From Lytechinus pictus (taxonomy: Eukaryota), in contig NC_087247.1 in NCBI RefSeq assembly GCF_037042905.1, positions 75,454,001 to 75,518,000 of the forward strand: a DNA stretch of 64,000 bases, in the 5' to 3' direction. Shown in pieces: positions 54,601-61,700 of this stretch. The translations under genes were made by a program, and so were the position numbers. The notes beneath the pieces were generated by a model. It was not told where the DNA came from. It made no database searches and worked only from the letters and a program-made list of their open reading frames with translations. Position 1 is the first letter of the stretch. The number at the start of each line of letters is the position of its first letter.

Positions 54601-56403
54601 AAGAATCCGCCACGTAAGAAGCACATGATCCTAACTCAATTTTCATTGTTAATGTTTTTATTATGCGTCGTTATTTCTCCCTTTTTTTTCGCATGACGGT
54701 CTGCGGGTTTGAGAATGAACTCGGCCCGGCCCGCAACCCGCGATCGGGGGCATACCGGCAGGTTAACCCGTACCGCAACGGGTGCGGGTTACAACATTAA
54801 CTTGGTCATCTTAAATAGAATGATTCTTAAGGTCTGGGCTCTGAAGGAGGTGCAGCATGGTTTATGATTTGCAAGTCAACGCTAATGATGTTATAATCAC
54901 ATCCCCAATTGGTTTTTGCCAATATGCTTTGTTCCTTTCTGAAGCAAGAGGGACTTCCAGGTATTCCAATCTTGATTTAGATGTGAAAGCACCTTGGTAT
55001 ATTGATAGAAAGTGGTAGCCTGTTATAACAAGAGTGTTGCTAAGGCGAGCACATAATATGCCCATCTGTAATGTGAAAAATGGAGATACTGGTCAAGCAA
55101 GAAAAGTGGAAGATGGCGACTTCACCTTTGACCTTCTGACCTCAAAATCAATAGAATTGCTAGGATCTATGCTAGTATCACACACACCAAATTATATGAG
55201 CCAAGGTTAAGTTCAACTACATTTATCTTGTTAAAAAGGACTTCAGAAGGGTAAGATGAAAACATGTCACTGTAATCTTGACCTTTGACCTTTTGATGTC
55301 AAAATCAATAGGCTTCCTATGATTCATGCTAGTATCATACACACAACATTATGAGCCTAGGTTACGTTAAACTAAAGCTATCGCGTTTACAAGTACTGCA
55401 GAAGGGCAAGATGAAAACATGCCAGTGTGACCTTGAACTTTGACCTTTTAACTTCAAAATCAATAGACTTCCTGGGATCCATGCTAGTATCATACACACC
55501 AAATTATATGAGCCAAGGTTAAGTTCAACTAAAGTTATCTTGTTAAAAAGGACTGCAGCAGGGTAAGATGAAAACATGCCAGTGTGACCTTGAACTTTGA
55601 CCTTTTGATGTCAAAATCAATAGGCTTCCTGGGATCCATCCTAGTATCATACGCACCAAATTATATGAGCCTAGGTTAAGTTAAACTGAAGTTATCAGTT
55701 TACAAGGACTGCAGAAGGGTAAGATGAAAATATGTCACTGTGACCTTGACCTTTGGACGTCAAAATCAAAAGGCTTCCTGGGATCCATGCTAGTATCATA
55801 TACATCAAATTATATGAGCCTAGGTTAAGTTAAACTGAAGTTATCGCGTTTACAAGGAAAAGTTAACGGACGGACGGACAGACAGACGGACGGACACCGA
55901 GCATGATACCATAATACGTCCCGTTGAGACGGGCGTTTAAAAACTTGTTTTCTCCTGCACTTCCGGAGTCTATATCTGACCATCTGTCAGGTGTCATTGG
56001 TTGGACAATGCATATGAAGAGTTTACTTGATTTGAGATATTCCTGGGCTGGTTGGACATCAAAACATGGATAGAAAAGGTGTTATCTAAGATGCTACACA
56101 TTGCTGGTCAATGCCATGTGAGGTGAACTATCTGCAATAATAAAAATAGCTACACTCTATCGGCATTATTGGCATTGATGATTCACAACACTTCACATTG
56201 TCCAGTATGAATAAAACACAGGTGAAAATTAGCAACAACAAAAATTGAATTAAAACTAACCTTGCAACTTTGGGCATTTTGCCCAGCATCTCATTCTCTT
56301 CAATATCATTCTTAAGATCCTGAAGTTCCTTGGCTAGTTCTTCTTCTAATGCTTTGATCTTTTCAGATGAACCAACTTGATAAAGTTCTGCTGATGACGA
56401 CAT
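432..56403 (-). CDS. CCDC162: CCDC162/C6orf183-like (DUF4549) large coiled-coil protein; 36 coding exons in window, about 1808 aa, 3' end lies beyond window start
   Basis: Exons join in frame with GT-AG sites (one GC-AG). N-terminus MSSSAELYQVGSSEKIKALEEELAKELQDLKNDIEENEMLG...SVSLPKSVDHFRKQREQVIKRAMEVSEAQPLVIQADVMKEEMENCQKREFSKENLSLILHQFFCDKIQLLVQCKHMHMLRWKRFCEH resembles my recollection of vertebrate CCDC162/DUF4549. An in-frame TAA lies 7 codons upstream of the ATG. Confidence 0.85.
1032..1095 (-). CDS. CCDC162: coding exon 35 (QTYKIEILYPVVKSIARRYGQ)
   Basis: Canonical sites, phase 2 to 0. Confidence 0.85.
1428..1602 (-). CDS. CCDC162: coding exon 34 (VSTTGKALSRTKEPVKAYSLLKDFLLLWKRLEVFKVEWG...RKF)
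   Basis: Canonical sites, phase 1 to 2. Confidence 0.88.
2526..2755 (-). CDS. CCDC162: coding exon 33 (HVANGEILGVSLLMEDVL...KESKQ)
   Basis: Canonical sites, phase 2 to 1. Confidence 0.85.
3428..3517 (-). CDS. CCDC162: coding exon 32 (RGPFNLRFWQWQQIENNMQLCLSGLKDVD)
   Basis: Canonical sites, 90 nt. Confidence 0.88.
3797..4062 (-). CDS. CCDC162: coding exon 31 (IADFLSLRRDILFLEFD...FPYRTFLG)
   Basis: Canonical sites. Confidence 0.9.
4680..7770 (+). mobile_element. decayed non-LTR retrotransposon (LINE) with reverse transcriptase remnants; ends approximate
   Basis: Frameshifted motifs GLDNITSEHL (about 5810), SYRGISLTPTLSKLLE (about 5985), NELQFGFQ (about 6082); GC-richer than flanks. Confidence 0.75.
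5249..5648 (+). repeat. tandem duplication of about 200 bp inside the LINE
   Basis: 5249-5445 repeated at 5452-5648 with few mismatches (both translate SLVKSNKAGRTPTLDL...). Confidence 0.9.
8102..8836. mobile_element. piggyBac-like MITE
   Basis: TTAA|CCCTATCTAGGCCGGG ... CCCGGCCTAGATAGGG|TTAA; related decayed copies near 45.1-45.76 kb and 56.65-56.81 kb. Confidence 0.9.
8850..8970 (-). CDS. CCDC162: coding exon 30 (LGSQKKDITADWGGTEGICSELREIQKQINNMEDPNDPEQ)
   Basis: Canonical sites, phase 2 to 0. Confidence 0.9.
9445..9666 (-). CDS. CCDC162: coding exon 29 (ELKKRPRRLLSPDGTTLLNMWFLPH...LGSSHA)
   Basis: Canonical sites, 222 nt. Confidence 0.9.
10145..10348 (-). CDS. CCDC162: coding exon 28 (ELIVKFCHRFMRRVSQYSLRGQII...LETNP)
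   Basis: Canonical sites, 204 nt. Confidence 0.9.
10984..11879. mobile_element. Kolobok-like non-autonomous TIR element inserted at TTAA
   Basis: Long imperfect TIRs AGGGATGCTCCAGGCTGAAGATAT... / ...ATATCTTCAGCCCAGACCACCCCT; left TTAA intact, right copy imperfect. Confidence 0.7.
11153..11440 (-). mobile_element. tRNA-derived SINE
   Basis: Minus-strand A box TGGCCCAGTGG, B box GGTTCGAATCC, (TTA)n tail; second copy at 33483-33774. Confidence 0.85.
11883..12703. repeat. 60-bp minisatellite, about 13 copies
   Basis: Unit TTCTTAATCATTTAGCACTAGAACTGATCACCAGTCATTTGTAGTGCTACACTTATCCCA. Confidence 0.97.
13139..13236 (-). CDS. CCDC162: coding exon 27 (TPSRDVMLNNFLQLKASRGTIMKNPEEVEKLK)
   Basis: Canonical sites. 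Confidence 0.88.
13581..13752 (-). CDS. CCDC162: coding exon 26 (PSNAPVET...RSPEAFVSLQLEK)
   Basis: Canonical sites, phase 2 to 0. Confidence 0.87.
14075..14223 (-). CDS. CCDC162: coding exon 25 (IMKKNGLENIRVILMIQVVHKNSLLAAIQQ...)
   Basis: Canonical sites, phase 0 to 2. Confidence 0.88.
14422..14683. mobile_element. near-perfect foldback MITE flanked by TA
   Basis: TA|GAGGGTATTCATTTGTCTCGC...GCGAGACAAATGAATACCCTC|TA; arms about 120 bp, each with an internal direct repeat. Confidence 0.9.
14720..15125 (-). mobile_element. 3' fragment of a CR1/L2-type LINE
   Basis: FKILLLTF...PQYLISLIKSYTPLRSLRSS C-terminal LINE signature plus (TTA)n-like tail. Confidence 0.7.
15308..15891 (+). mobile_element. 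Helentron/HINE-like non-autonomous element
   Basis: ACAAG start, internal TGACCTTTGACCTTGGTCATGTGAC repeats, 3' stem-loop GTCTCAC...GTGAGAC followed by an A run; diverged copy at 34385-34920. Confidence 0.65.
16275..16523 (-). CDS. CCDC162: coding exon 24 (LYREQAVEMGFDEFHMFMRCVQFEFA...EGCLK)
   Basis: Canonical sites, 249 nt. Confidence 0.9.
16891..16950 (-). CDS. CCDC162: coding exon 23 (TINLRHRLVETSWETEILSR)
   Basis: Canonical sites, 60 nt. Confidence 0.85.
17611..17757 (-). CDS. CCDC162: coding exon 22 (LFSDLFIEDPLLVCEL...WLDIME)
   Basis: Canonical sites, 147 nt. Confidence 0.85.
18130..18267 (-). CDS. CCDC162: coding exon 21 (ELYHCHEPS...AQVQKD)
   Basis: Canonical sites, 138 nt. Confidence 0.88.
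19149..19346 (-). CDS. CCDC162: coding exon 20 (IESQREYIKR...LLEFHPSLALISRIPQAVKYACN)
   Basis: Canonical sites, 198 nt. Confidence 0.9.
19886..20086 (-). CDS. CCDC162: coding exon 19 (LLDVYLEAYHNVFDMHEKRALAQ...SDKQ)
   Basis: Canonical sites, 201 nt. Confidence 0.9.
20331..20447 (-). CDS. CCDC162: coding exon 18 (NHCDDSVDIPSYGHSLVDRHAILLDLWTNEAEFLENKRQ)
   Basis: Canonical sites, 117 nt. Confidence 0.88.
20836..23500. repeat. 72-bp minisatellite, about 37 copies (source of the 897-aa ORF)
   Basis: Unit ATAGGAAGAGGTTCCCTAGTGTACGCAAGTATTGTAATTAGTCACAAATCATCAGTAGCCAAAGCTGTGACT. Confidence 0.98.
23563..23677 (-). CDS. CCDC162: coding exon 17 (NLETDLLLIATHFIEKD...SSRRQ)
   Basis: Canonical sites, phase 2 to 0. 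Confidence 0.87.
23832..23969 (-). CDS. CCDC162: coding exon 16 (LSESEFMEFSDIENHDDFY...KAKEDM)
   Basis: Canonical sites. Confidence 0.9.
24417..24515 (-). CDS. CCDC162: coding exon 15 (HQNHRQGTPEAGMGGGGGLGNHGYLHNTPAEF)
   Basis: Canonical sites, phase 2 to 2. Confidence 0.87.
24843..30244. mobile_element. P-like non-autonomous element (core 24843-27852) with a secondary insertion at its right tip
   Basis: Imperfect TIRs CATAGAGATATAT..GCTAGAGTGCGGACT / AGTACGCCCTCTAGC..ATATATCTTTATATG; flanking duplication (G/A)ATTATAC at 24835-24842 and 30245-30252. Confidence 0.5.
27853..30241 (+). repeat. three direct copies of a roughly 465-bp TIR-bounded unit (27853-28291, 28293-28756, 29747-30213) with a roughly 1-kb spacer
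   Basis: Copies start (A/G)GGTGCCATGAGCC; the last two end ACGCGCGTGACACCT (first copy 3'-truncated); the last ~28 bp are duplicated at 30214-30241. Confidence 0.9.
30257..30354 (-). CDS. CCDC162: coding exon 14 (CLSVLNYFRSIERTLTINDEGLSLEGDTQKRF)
   Basis: Canonical sites, GTGAGT donor. Confidence 0.9.
30873..31143 (-). CDS. CCDC162: coding exon 13 (TGQEEDMAVMEF...YLYLRHLRIRDLQRT)
   Basis: Canonical sites, phase 2 to 0. Confidence 0.9.
31482..31627 (-). CDS. CCDC162: coding exon 12 (KVMDTLRAHA...IWRKIYCNPELFE)
   Basis: Canonical sites, phase 0 to 2. Confidence 0.87.
31966..32077 (-). CDS. CCDC162: coding exon 11 (PEKDPKQEKMMMKLRQRNSIDELLRAQSRFISVTDFV)
   Basis: Canonical sites, phase 2 to 0. 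Confidence 0.87.
32476..32558 (-). CDS. CCDC162: coding exon 10 (TGNESWGADTSSHALLKESNWTQFIKL)
   Basis: tttacag acceptor, GTATG donor. Confidence 0.85.
32987..33112 (-). CDS. CCDC162: coding exon 9 (NLDDMESGSDEMELIS...TYDKLE), GC donor
   Basis: Frame is kept only with the donor GAG|GCAAGT. Confidence 0.8.
33483..33774 (-). mobile_element. tRNA-derived SINE (second copy)
   Basis: Same A/B boxes and body as 11153-11440. Confidence 0.85.
33934..34046 (-). CDS. CCDC162: coding exon 8 (GGPASNSATMGIPCHLLNLEDFKPVLEFLMACYSVHM)
   Basis: Canonical sites, phase 1 to 0. Confidence 0.85.
34385..34920 (+). mobile_element. Helentron/HINE-like element, diverged copy
   Basis: Colinear with 15308-15891. Confidence 0.6.
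34992..35171 (-). CDS. CCDC162: coding exon 7 (EVSVAPSPGQTSMLES...AAAAAA)
   Basis: Canonical sites, phase 1 to 1. Confidence 0.82.
40400..41700. repeat. roughly 175-190-bp tandem repeat with a strand inversion near 40612, interrupted by a MITE at about 40905-41126
   Basis: Unit core AGAAGTCACAAACATCTCAGATTAATGAACGAATGATCAGGACATGTTTCAAAATTG is forward about 5 times and reverse-complemented at 40400-40611. Confidence 0.9.
42833..42966. mobile_element. small hairpin MITE flanked by a GGATCC duplication
   Basis: TACCTCAAATGATGTTCATGCAGGCTCCAC... / ...GTGGAGCCTGCACGAACATCACTTGAGGTA; sister copy at 53381-53507. Confidence 0.8.
43843..44020 (-). CDS. CCDC162: coding exon 6 (IIEWIAVAHKHEISP...GRLSM)
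   Basis: Canonical sites, open frame, phase 0 to 1. Confidence 0.85.
44564..44750 (-). CDS. CCDC162: coding exon 5 (MIMSEYSDAIARAKRLS...HAFLK)
   Basis: Canonical sites, phase 2 to 0. Confidence 0.88.
46663..46787 (-). CDS. CCDC162: coding exon 4 (FFCDKIQLLVQCKHMHMLRWKRFCEH...)
   Basis: Canonical sites, phase 0 to 2. Confidence 0.9.
47470..49710 (+). mobile_element. decayed, internally deleted CR1/L2-type LINE with a 2A-like motif; ends approximate
   Basis: LLDLSSAFDMVTH, GVPQGSVGGPILFSLY, IYAD, FKIKLKTYL motifs; upstream LILLSGDVNPIPG and RGKRGG. Confidence 0.85.
49791..49901 (-). CDS. CCDC162: coding exon 3 (VSEAQPLVIQADVMKEEMENCQKREFSKENLSLILHQ)
   Basis: tttcag acceptor, GTAGG donor, 111 nt. 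Confidence 0.9.
50593..50665 (-). CDS. CCDC162: coding exon 2 (SVSLPKSVDHFRKQREQVIKRAME)
   Basis: AG/GT sites, phase 2 to 0. Confidence 0.88.
50757..52597. mobile_element. Kolobok-like non-autonomous element, TTAA TSD
   Basis: TTAA|GGACGTTCCACAGTTA ... TAACTGTGGAACATCC|TTAA; internal repeats AAGCACATGGACC...GAAAATGACATGG. Confidence 0.85.
52770..54799. mobile_element. hAT-like non-autonomous element
   Basis: TIR TAATGTTGTAACCCGCA; perfect 8-bp TSD ACTTGGTC at 52762-52769 and 54800-54807. Confidence 0.92.
55027..55943 (+). mobile_element. HINE/DINE-1-like Helentron-associated element
   Basis: About five internal ~150-bp tandem repeats, (GGAC/AGAC)n microsatellite, 3' hairpin ACGTCCCGT..ACGGGCGT, A run. 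Confidence 0.75.
56261..56403 (-). CDS. CCDC162: coding exon 1 (MSSSAELYQ...MPKVA); exon 5' boundary about 56497
   Basis: ATG with upstream in-frame stop; donor AG|GTTAGT; phase 2. Confidence 0.9.
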
Positions 56404-57192
56404 CTTAGCACTTTTTTGTTCTTAAGTTCTGCATAGATAATACTGTCCTGGTGTGCAGAAGCTGTCCTCTAATTTGGTCACATAATTATTTTGTCATCTG
56501 AAAATGCAAGGGAAAATAAGACGCATTGGCATACATTCATCCTTTTACTAAGTAAATTCACTGGTTGTAGTTGGTGTCATCACAAAATAAAGATTTAAAT
56601 GACTTGACAAATTACCAGTATATCGATTACTACAGAAAATAGATATTCAGACCCGAGCATTGTAATTTTGGTCTCAAAAGATGCGCAAGACTTCAAAGTA
56701 ACAAGTCAGCGAGCGGCACGGTCGAAAAATTTCGCACGGCAGAATGGTCACCGACAAATGACGAGAGGGGGGTTGACTCAACCCCCCCCCTGATGGTTTA
56801 AGGGTTAAGGCAGTTGGTTGACTACTAAGTAATGTTCATGAAGTGTGGTATCTAGGTATCGATAACAAAAGACTGCAAAATGGCAACGTAAACAGACTGG
56901 GTAAAAGTGAACGCTCGTGCTCTTAATTTCTTTCAATTTTACTATTTTTAAAATAAATATTAGGAACTTTATTAAAAACTGGGAGTTAATAAATATTGTT
57001 TTGGCCCATGTACTGGTACGTTAGTTTGGGCGCAAAACAAAACGTAAAATTGGTGATTTAGGTCTACTTTAACCGTGGGAATTTATGGCCTCCACGGCCA
57101 GATATGGGTACCTGTCCCAGGCTTCATTGGGGAGTAAGCCTACGTTAGTAGATGTTTTTTACTCCCCAAAAGCCTCCAGGCTACTCCAGCCG

Positions 57193-58131
57193 TAGCCTCT
57201 TGTCGAGGCCCTGTCGGCTGCTTTCCGAGCGAACATGGCAAAGCACGGGAGAGAGCGAAGCAGAGCGCCGCGAGACAGGGCCTCTTGACATCTGTACCGA
57301 ATTTCACCGACTTTCTTTTGTTTTTTATTGTTTTTACCAATTCACCGACCAAAAACTGGTCGGTGAAAATCATCCAATGAGAGCGCGAGCTGCTATGACG
57401 TCATAATACATATTAAATATTCATGAGCTCCTCTTGAATTCTTGGCGAAGAGTGACGACGAAATATCAAAGAGCACTGAATATGCCTCTAAAACGCTGAA
57501 TATTGACCGATTTAAGGATTTGCAAGTCGATGAAATTAACTCTGCACTGAAAGGACGAGATGTCTTTGTAAATCTACCCACAGGATATGGAAAAAATGTA
57601 ATATTTCATGCGATTCCACCGGTCGATCCGGGGCGTCGATTATCGATCTCCGCTGTGCAGTGCAGTGAGGGATCTGGGGTGGAGTTGCTGGGAGTTGATT
57701 CGAGTCTGACCAGCGGCTGAGCAGTATCTCCCGGGAAGTTTCGGGGCGGTGATGGGTCTGTTACGGCCAGTAGTAATAGTAGTAGTAGTAGTAGTAGTAC
57801 CACTACTTGTAGCATTTTGCTGGTTATATCCACTTTAGTGTCCCGCAATTAAATGAATCCCCTGCAGAATAGTGGACTAGGCCTACTATATAGTATTCCG
57901 AACCCAAGACGAAACACTCAAACAGCTCTGACATTTCATTGGTTTACTCGGTGACCGGTAATATCATGACTCATGTAGGCCTATATTCATTAGGAAGACG
58001 TTCCTCATGAATATATAATTCAGTTCAGATGTCAAGAGGCCCTGGCTCGCGCCAGGCCTAATTCGCTTCGCGAATTAGGAAAGCCCTTGCTTCGCTCGGG
58101 AAGCAGCCGCCAGGGCCTCGACAAGAGGCTA
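57193..58131 (+). mobile_element. AcademH-like non-autonomous transposon carrying a RecQ-type helicase fragment
   Basis: TIR TAGCCTCTTGTCGAGGCCCTG (imperfect match to about 100 bp); 9-bp TSD CTCCAGCCG/CTCAAGCCG; internal FKDLQVDEINSALKGRDVFVNLPTGYGK. Confidence 0.8.
57442..57620 (+). pseudogene. truncated RecQ/SF2 helicase N-terminus (Q-motif plus Walker A)
   Basis: ASKTLNIDRFKDLQVDEINSALKGRDVFVNLPTGYGKNVIFHAIP; similarity is lost after motif I. Confidence 0.8.
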
Positions 58132-58336
58132 CTCAAGCCGTGGAACCAGACCCAACCTCAGTCCCATACGTTCTAAATTCTGATGTTTTTAAACAACAAG
58201 CCAAGGGCAAGGCAGCTCGCACCGCACGATCTTAAATCTCAACGTTATTTTCCGTTAAACAAATTTATATAAATTATTTCATTTAGTTTTGTACAATACA
58301 TGTTGTGGTATCTATCACACATTAAGTAAGGCTTAC

Positions 58337-58430
58337 CCTGTAACATTACAATTCGCGGAATTCAACACCATGTACCGTAGCCTGTAGGCCCGCCACTTTC
58401 TCCTAGGACGCAACTTTTAATTGAATTGAG
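58337..58430 (-). other. probable non-coding first exon (5' UTR) of the CCDC162-like gene; 5' end approximate
   Basis: Strong donor CAGG|GTAAGC at 58337 in a CpG-containing unique segment just downstream of the promoter motifs; coding exon 1 has an acceptor at 56497. Confidence 0.55.
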
Positions 58431-58453
58431 CATGCGCAGATTGCGATAGCAAC
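58428..58453. promoter_or_regulatory. adjacent NRF1-like (GAGCATGCGCA) and RFX X-box-like (ATTGCGATAGCAAC) motifs; putative core promoter
   Basis: Near-matches to GCGCATGCGC and GTTGCCATRGCAAC immediately upstream of the putative first exon. Confidence 0.55.
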
Positions 58454-58736
58454 CACACGCTAGGCTAGCTCGGCAGCAGCGCTGCACAGGTCTGGGAGCA
58501 TATTCCATGGAACTTTCAACCTCCATGATTTAACAAGATTCAAGATTCTTTTCCGGGATTCTTTTAGTGGTCAGTGTGTAAAGAGATTTGGTTTCCAATG
58601 GCTTTAACAATGAGTATACACAAAGATGAAAAGTACAATACAGTGTAACAATATTGAAATGATTCACATGAACAATCCAGGATCAATATACATGTTCCAT
58701 AGGTGGATGCGAGGGGGGGGGGGGGGGGGGGGGGCG

Positions 58737-61700
58737 GGGCGCGAAATTATTTTTCCCACCGAGTTCTGGACCAACATATGAATATTCATGACTTGCGTCT
58801 TCGGATTGAGAGTACGCATGCGCGTGGACTTGGTCTCGACCACTGCCGATCGTAAGCATTCACGTTGCTCATAATGAATTAGCATCGTCAAATTACCGGT
58901 ACCATTACATAGTTACATAGGCCTTATAGGCTTAGATCTATATATACATCCAATTCTTAAACACTTATCAAACTAGCTGCCATTAATGGCAAGACATGTG
59001 CTTGGGTAGGGCTAGCTTAGTCTAGCGCATTAACTTTACCTCAAATCTGGACCTGTCTAATGCCTAATACTAATAGGAATAGCCGACTAATGCCATGGTT
59101 AACTTCGAACTTGTTAATTCCGAACTTTACGTTGATTAGGTTTGGACCAATATTAGATTATTTACCATGGTTTAATATGTCTAGTCCGTATACAGAACCA
59201 GTCCTAGATAAAAAAAAAATCTTAGTTCTAGTCTAGTCTCTAGATCTAGACTCTGATCTACGCGCTATCAGCATGGAACCACTAGTGTACCAAAGGGGGG
59301 GGGGGCAGACTGCCCCCCTGACGAGTCACAACTGATCCAGGGGACGTGCCCCCCCCCTTGAGAAGCCAAATTAATAATTTGTAATGTCAAAATGCAACGA
59401 AAAAAGACGTTTGTCCCCTCTTTTGAACGTGAAGATCTTTTTTTTTTTCTTGTCAAATTTTTTTCAGCTACGAAATCCTTAATTTTGGGTGAAGACGGGG
59501 ATCAAGATCACTGACGTTAATTTGTGCCTGACGTTAGAATACGTTCCATGCACGCACTGGTGTACCTAGGATTTTCCAAAAGGGGGGCAAATTTTTTAGA
59601 GGATATTTCGTCCGCGAAAAAATGTGACAAGCCCCCCCCCCCAAAAAAAAAAGGGTCTTCACCCCAAATTATGGATTTCTTAGCTGAAAAAAAAATTGAC
59701 AAGCCAAAAAAAAAGAAAAGATCTTCACGTTCATAAAAGGGGACATACGTATTTTTCATTGCATTTTTACATTACAAATTATTAATTTGGCTTCTCAAAG
59801 GGGGCACGCCCCCTGAATCAGTTGTGACTCGTCAGAGGGACAGTCTCCCCCCCCCCCCTTGTTACACTATAGTGGTTCCATGCTGATACAGCGTAGATCA
59901 GAGTCTAGATATAGAGACTAGACTAGAACTAAGATAATTTTTTTTTAGATCTAGGACTGGTTTTGTATACGGACTAGACATATTAAACCATGGCAAATAA
60001 GCTAATATTTGTCTAAACCTAATTAAACGTGAAGTTCGGAATTAACCAGTTCGAAGTTAACCATGGCATTAGTCGGCTATTCAGTGTTGTAGTCAAGGCT
60101 CAAACCTCCAAGGCCAAGGCTTTAATACCCAAGGCCAAGGCTTCAATACCAAAGGCCAAGGCATGGAAACCCAAGGCCAAGGCCTAGGCCTGAAAACCTC
60201 AAGGCCAAGGCATTTCAAACTTACGATATACAGAACAATGAACTAACAATTAGGCGGCAGACATCACACATGGTAAAATGCATGTGAGCGAGGGGACTGA
60301 GCGAGAAAAAAAAATTAACCTTTGTACATTTAAAACAAAAATAATTTCATGATAGAGACATATTAAAATAATGATATAGTTACCTGTGTAAACATAATCC
60401 ATAATTTTTCTATAGGCGATTTACATTGCAATAATTATTATTACCACGGTCATCTGATTCTGGCATTCTCAACGTATGTTTTTCTCCACTCCATGGGACA
60501 GGGGCAACAGAAAATTATTATGGAGTCAACGCCAAAAAGGCACCCATTTATCAAAATGAGTTTTTTTGTGCAAACAGATACATGTATTTTCAAAATGAGA
60601 TTATGAACTGCGTGAAGTAATTGTGTGTTTTATAGAAATTAAGTTGAGCAAAGGCTTTCTAAAGTGATTTTTAATTATAAGATAGATATTTTGCTTTAGG
60701 TTTTACTTCTCAGCGAGAAAGCATAGCGAGCAAGCGGTTTTGAAAAAAAAATCAATTCTGATGTTGTAAAACTTGATTTATGGTCAATTATGGGGCTAAT
60801 CATTGTTGAAATTTCCTTGCGCGATGTTGCCAGCGCGAATCACCAGCTCAAACTTCTTGACATGTCGTGTAATAAGACATGGAAATTATTTTATTCTGAG
60901 CTGGTTTTGTAATCATGAAAAAGATGTGTATCTAACTAAAAAATAACTTTGCGCTCGCTAATTCTTTTTATATACTGACCAGTAAAGGAAGCAGTTAATT
61001 ACTGCATTTTAAATAAGATACATAACTCACCAATAAAAAATAATGCGAGCGCAAAGCGCGAGCTCAAAAATTTGTGATATTCCAACCTGAAAACTGGACA
61101 TTCTAAGCATTTTTTTGTGAACGAGAAGAGAACGAGTACAATAATTGATGCGAGTGCAGGAAGCGAGCCAAATATTTGTGATATTTCAACCATAAAGCAA
61201 CATTCTATACATTTTTGTAACCATTAGCAGTACTGTACTAAACAATAATTGATGCAAGCACGATTCAAAATCTGTGATTTTCGAACCTAAAATGTATTAT
61301 GTTTTATTATTAAAGAAGGTATTTCTTTTTTAAAAAGGGCATATTTCATTTGGAAAAAAAAATCCTACAGGGATTTTTTTTTTTTGGGGGGGGGGGGGGC
61401 AAGAGAGCACAAAGCGCAAGCTAAAATTTTCAAATGCTTAAACTGAAAATGAGTCATTTTTAGGACTCTTGTCAGTTTTCATATTTTTTTCTGCTTACAA
61501 CCACTTTTATCAAACAGTTAATTAATCATTAATTATTAATACTTATTGATAATATTGATAATTATTAATTATTAAATTATTTTTTGTTAATTATTATTTC
61601 TTGAAACCATATTGACACAAAAACAAATACGTTGCTTATTTCCTTGAAACTGTAGAGAAATGAGATTCAATGTTGAACGATATATGATTAAAAAGAATTA

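Noticed and set aside
57442-57720. Host RecQ helicase gene
   Set aside because: Only the Q-motif and Walker A are present, with no DEAH motif, and it is enclosed by TIRs and a TSD.
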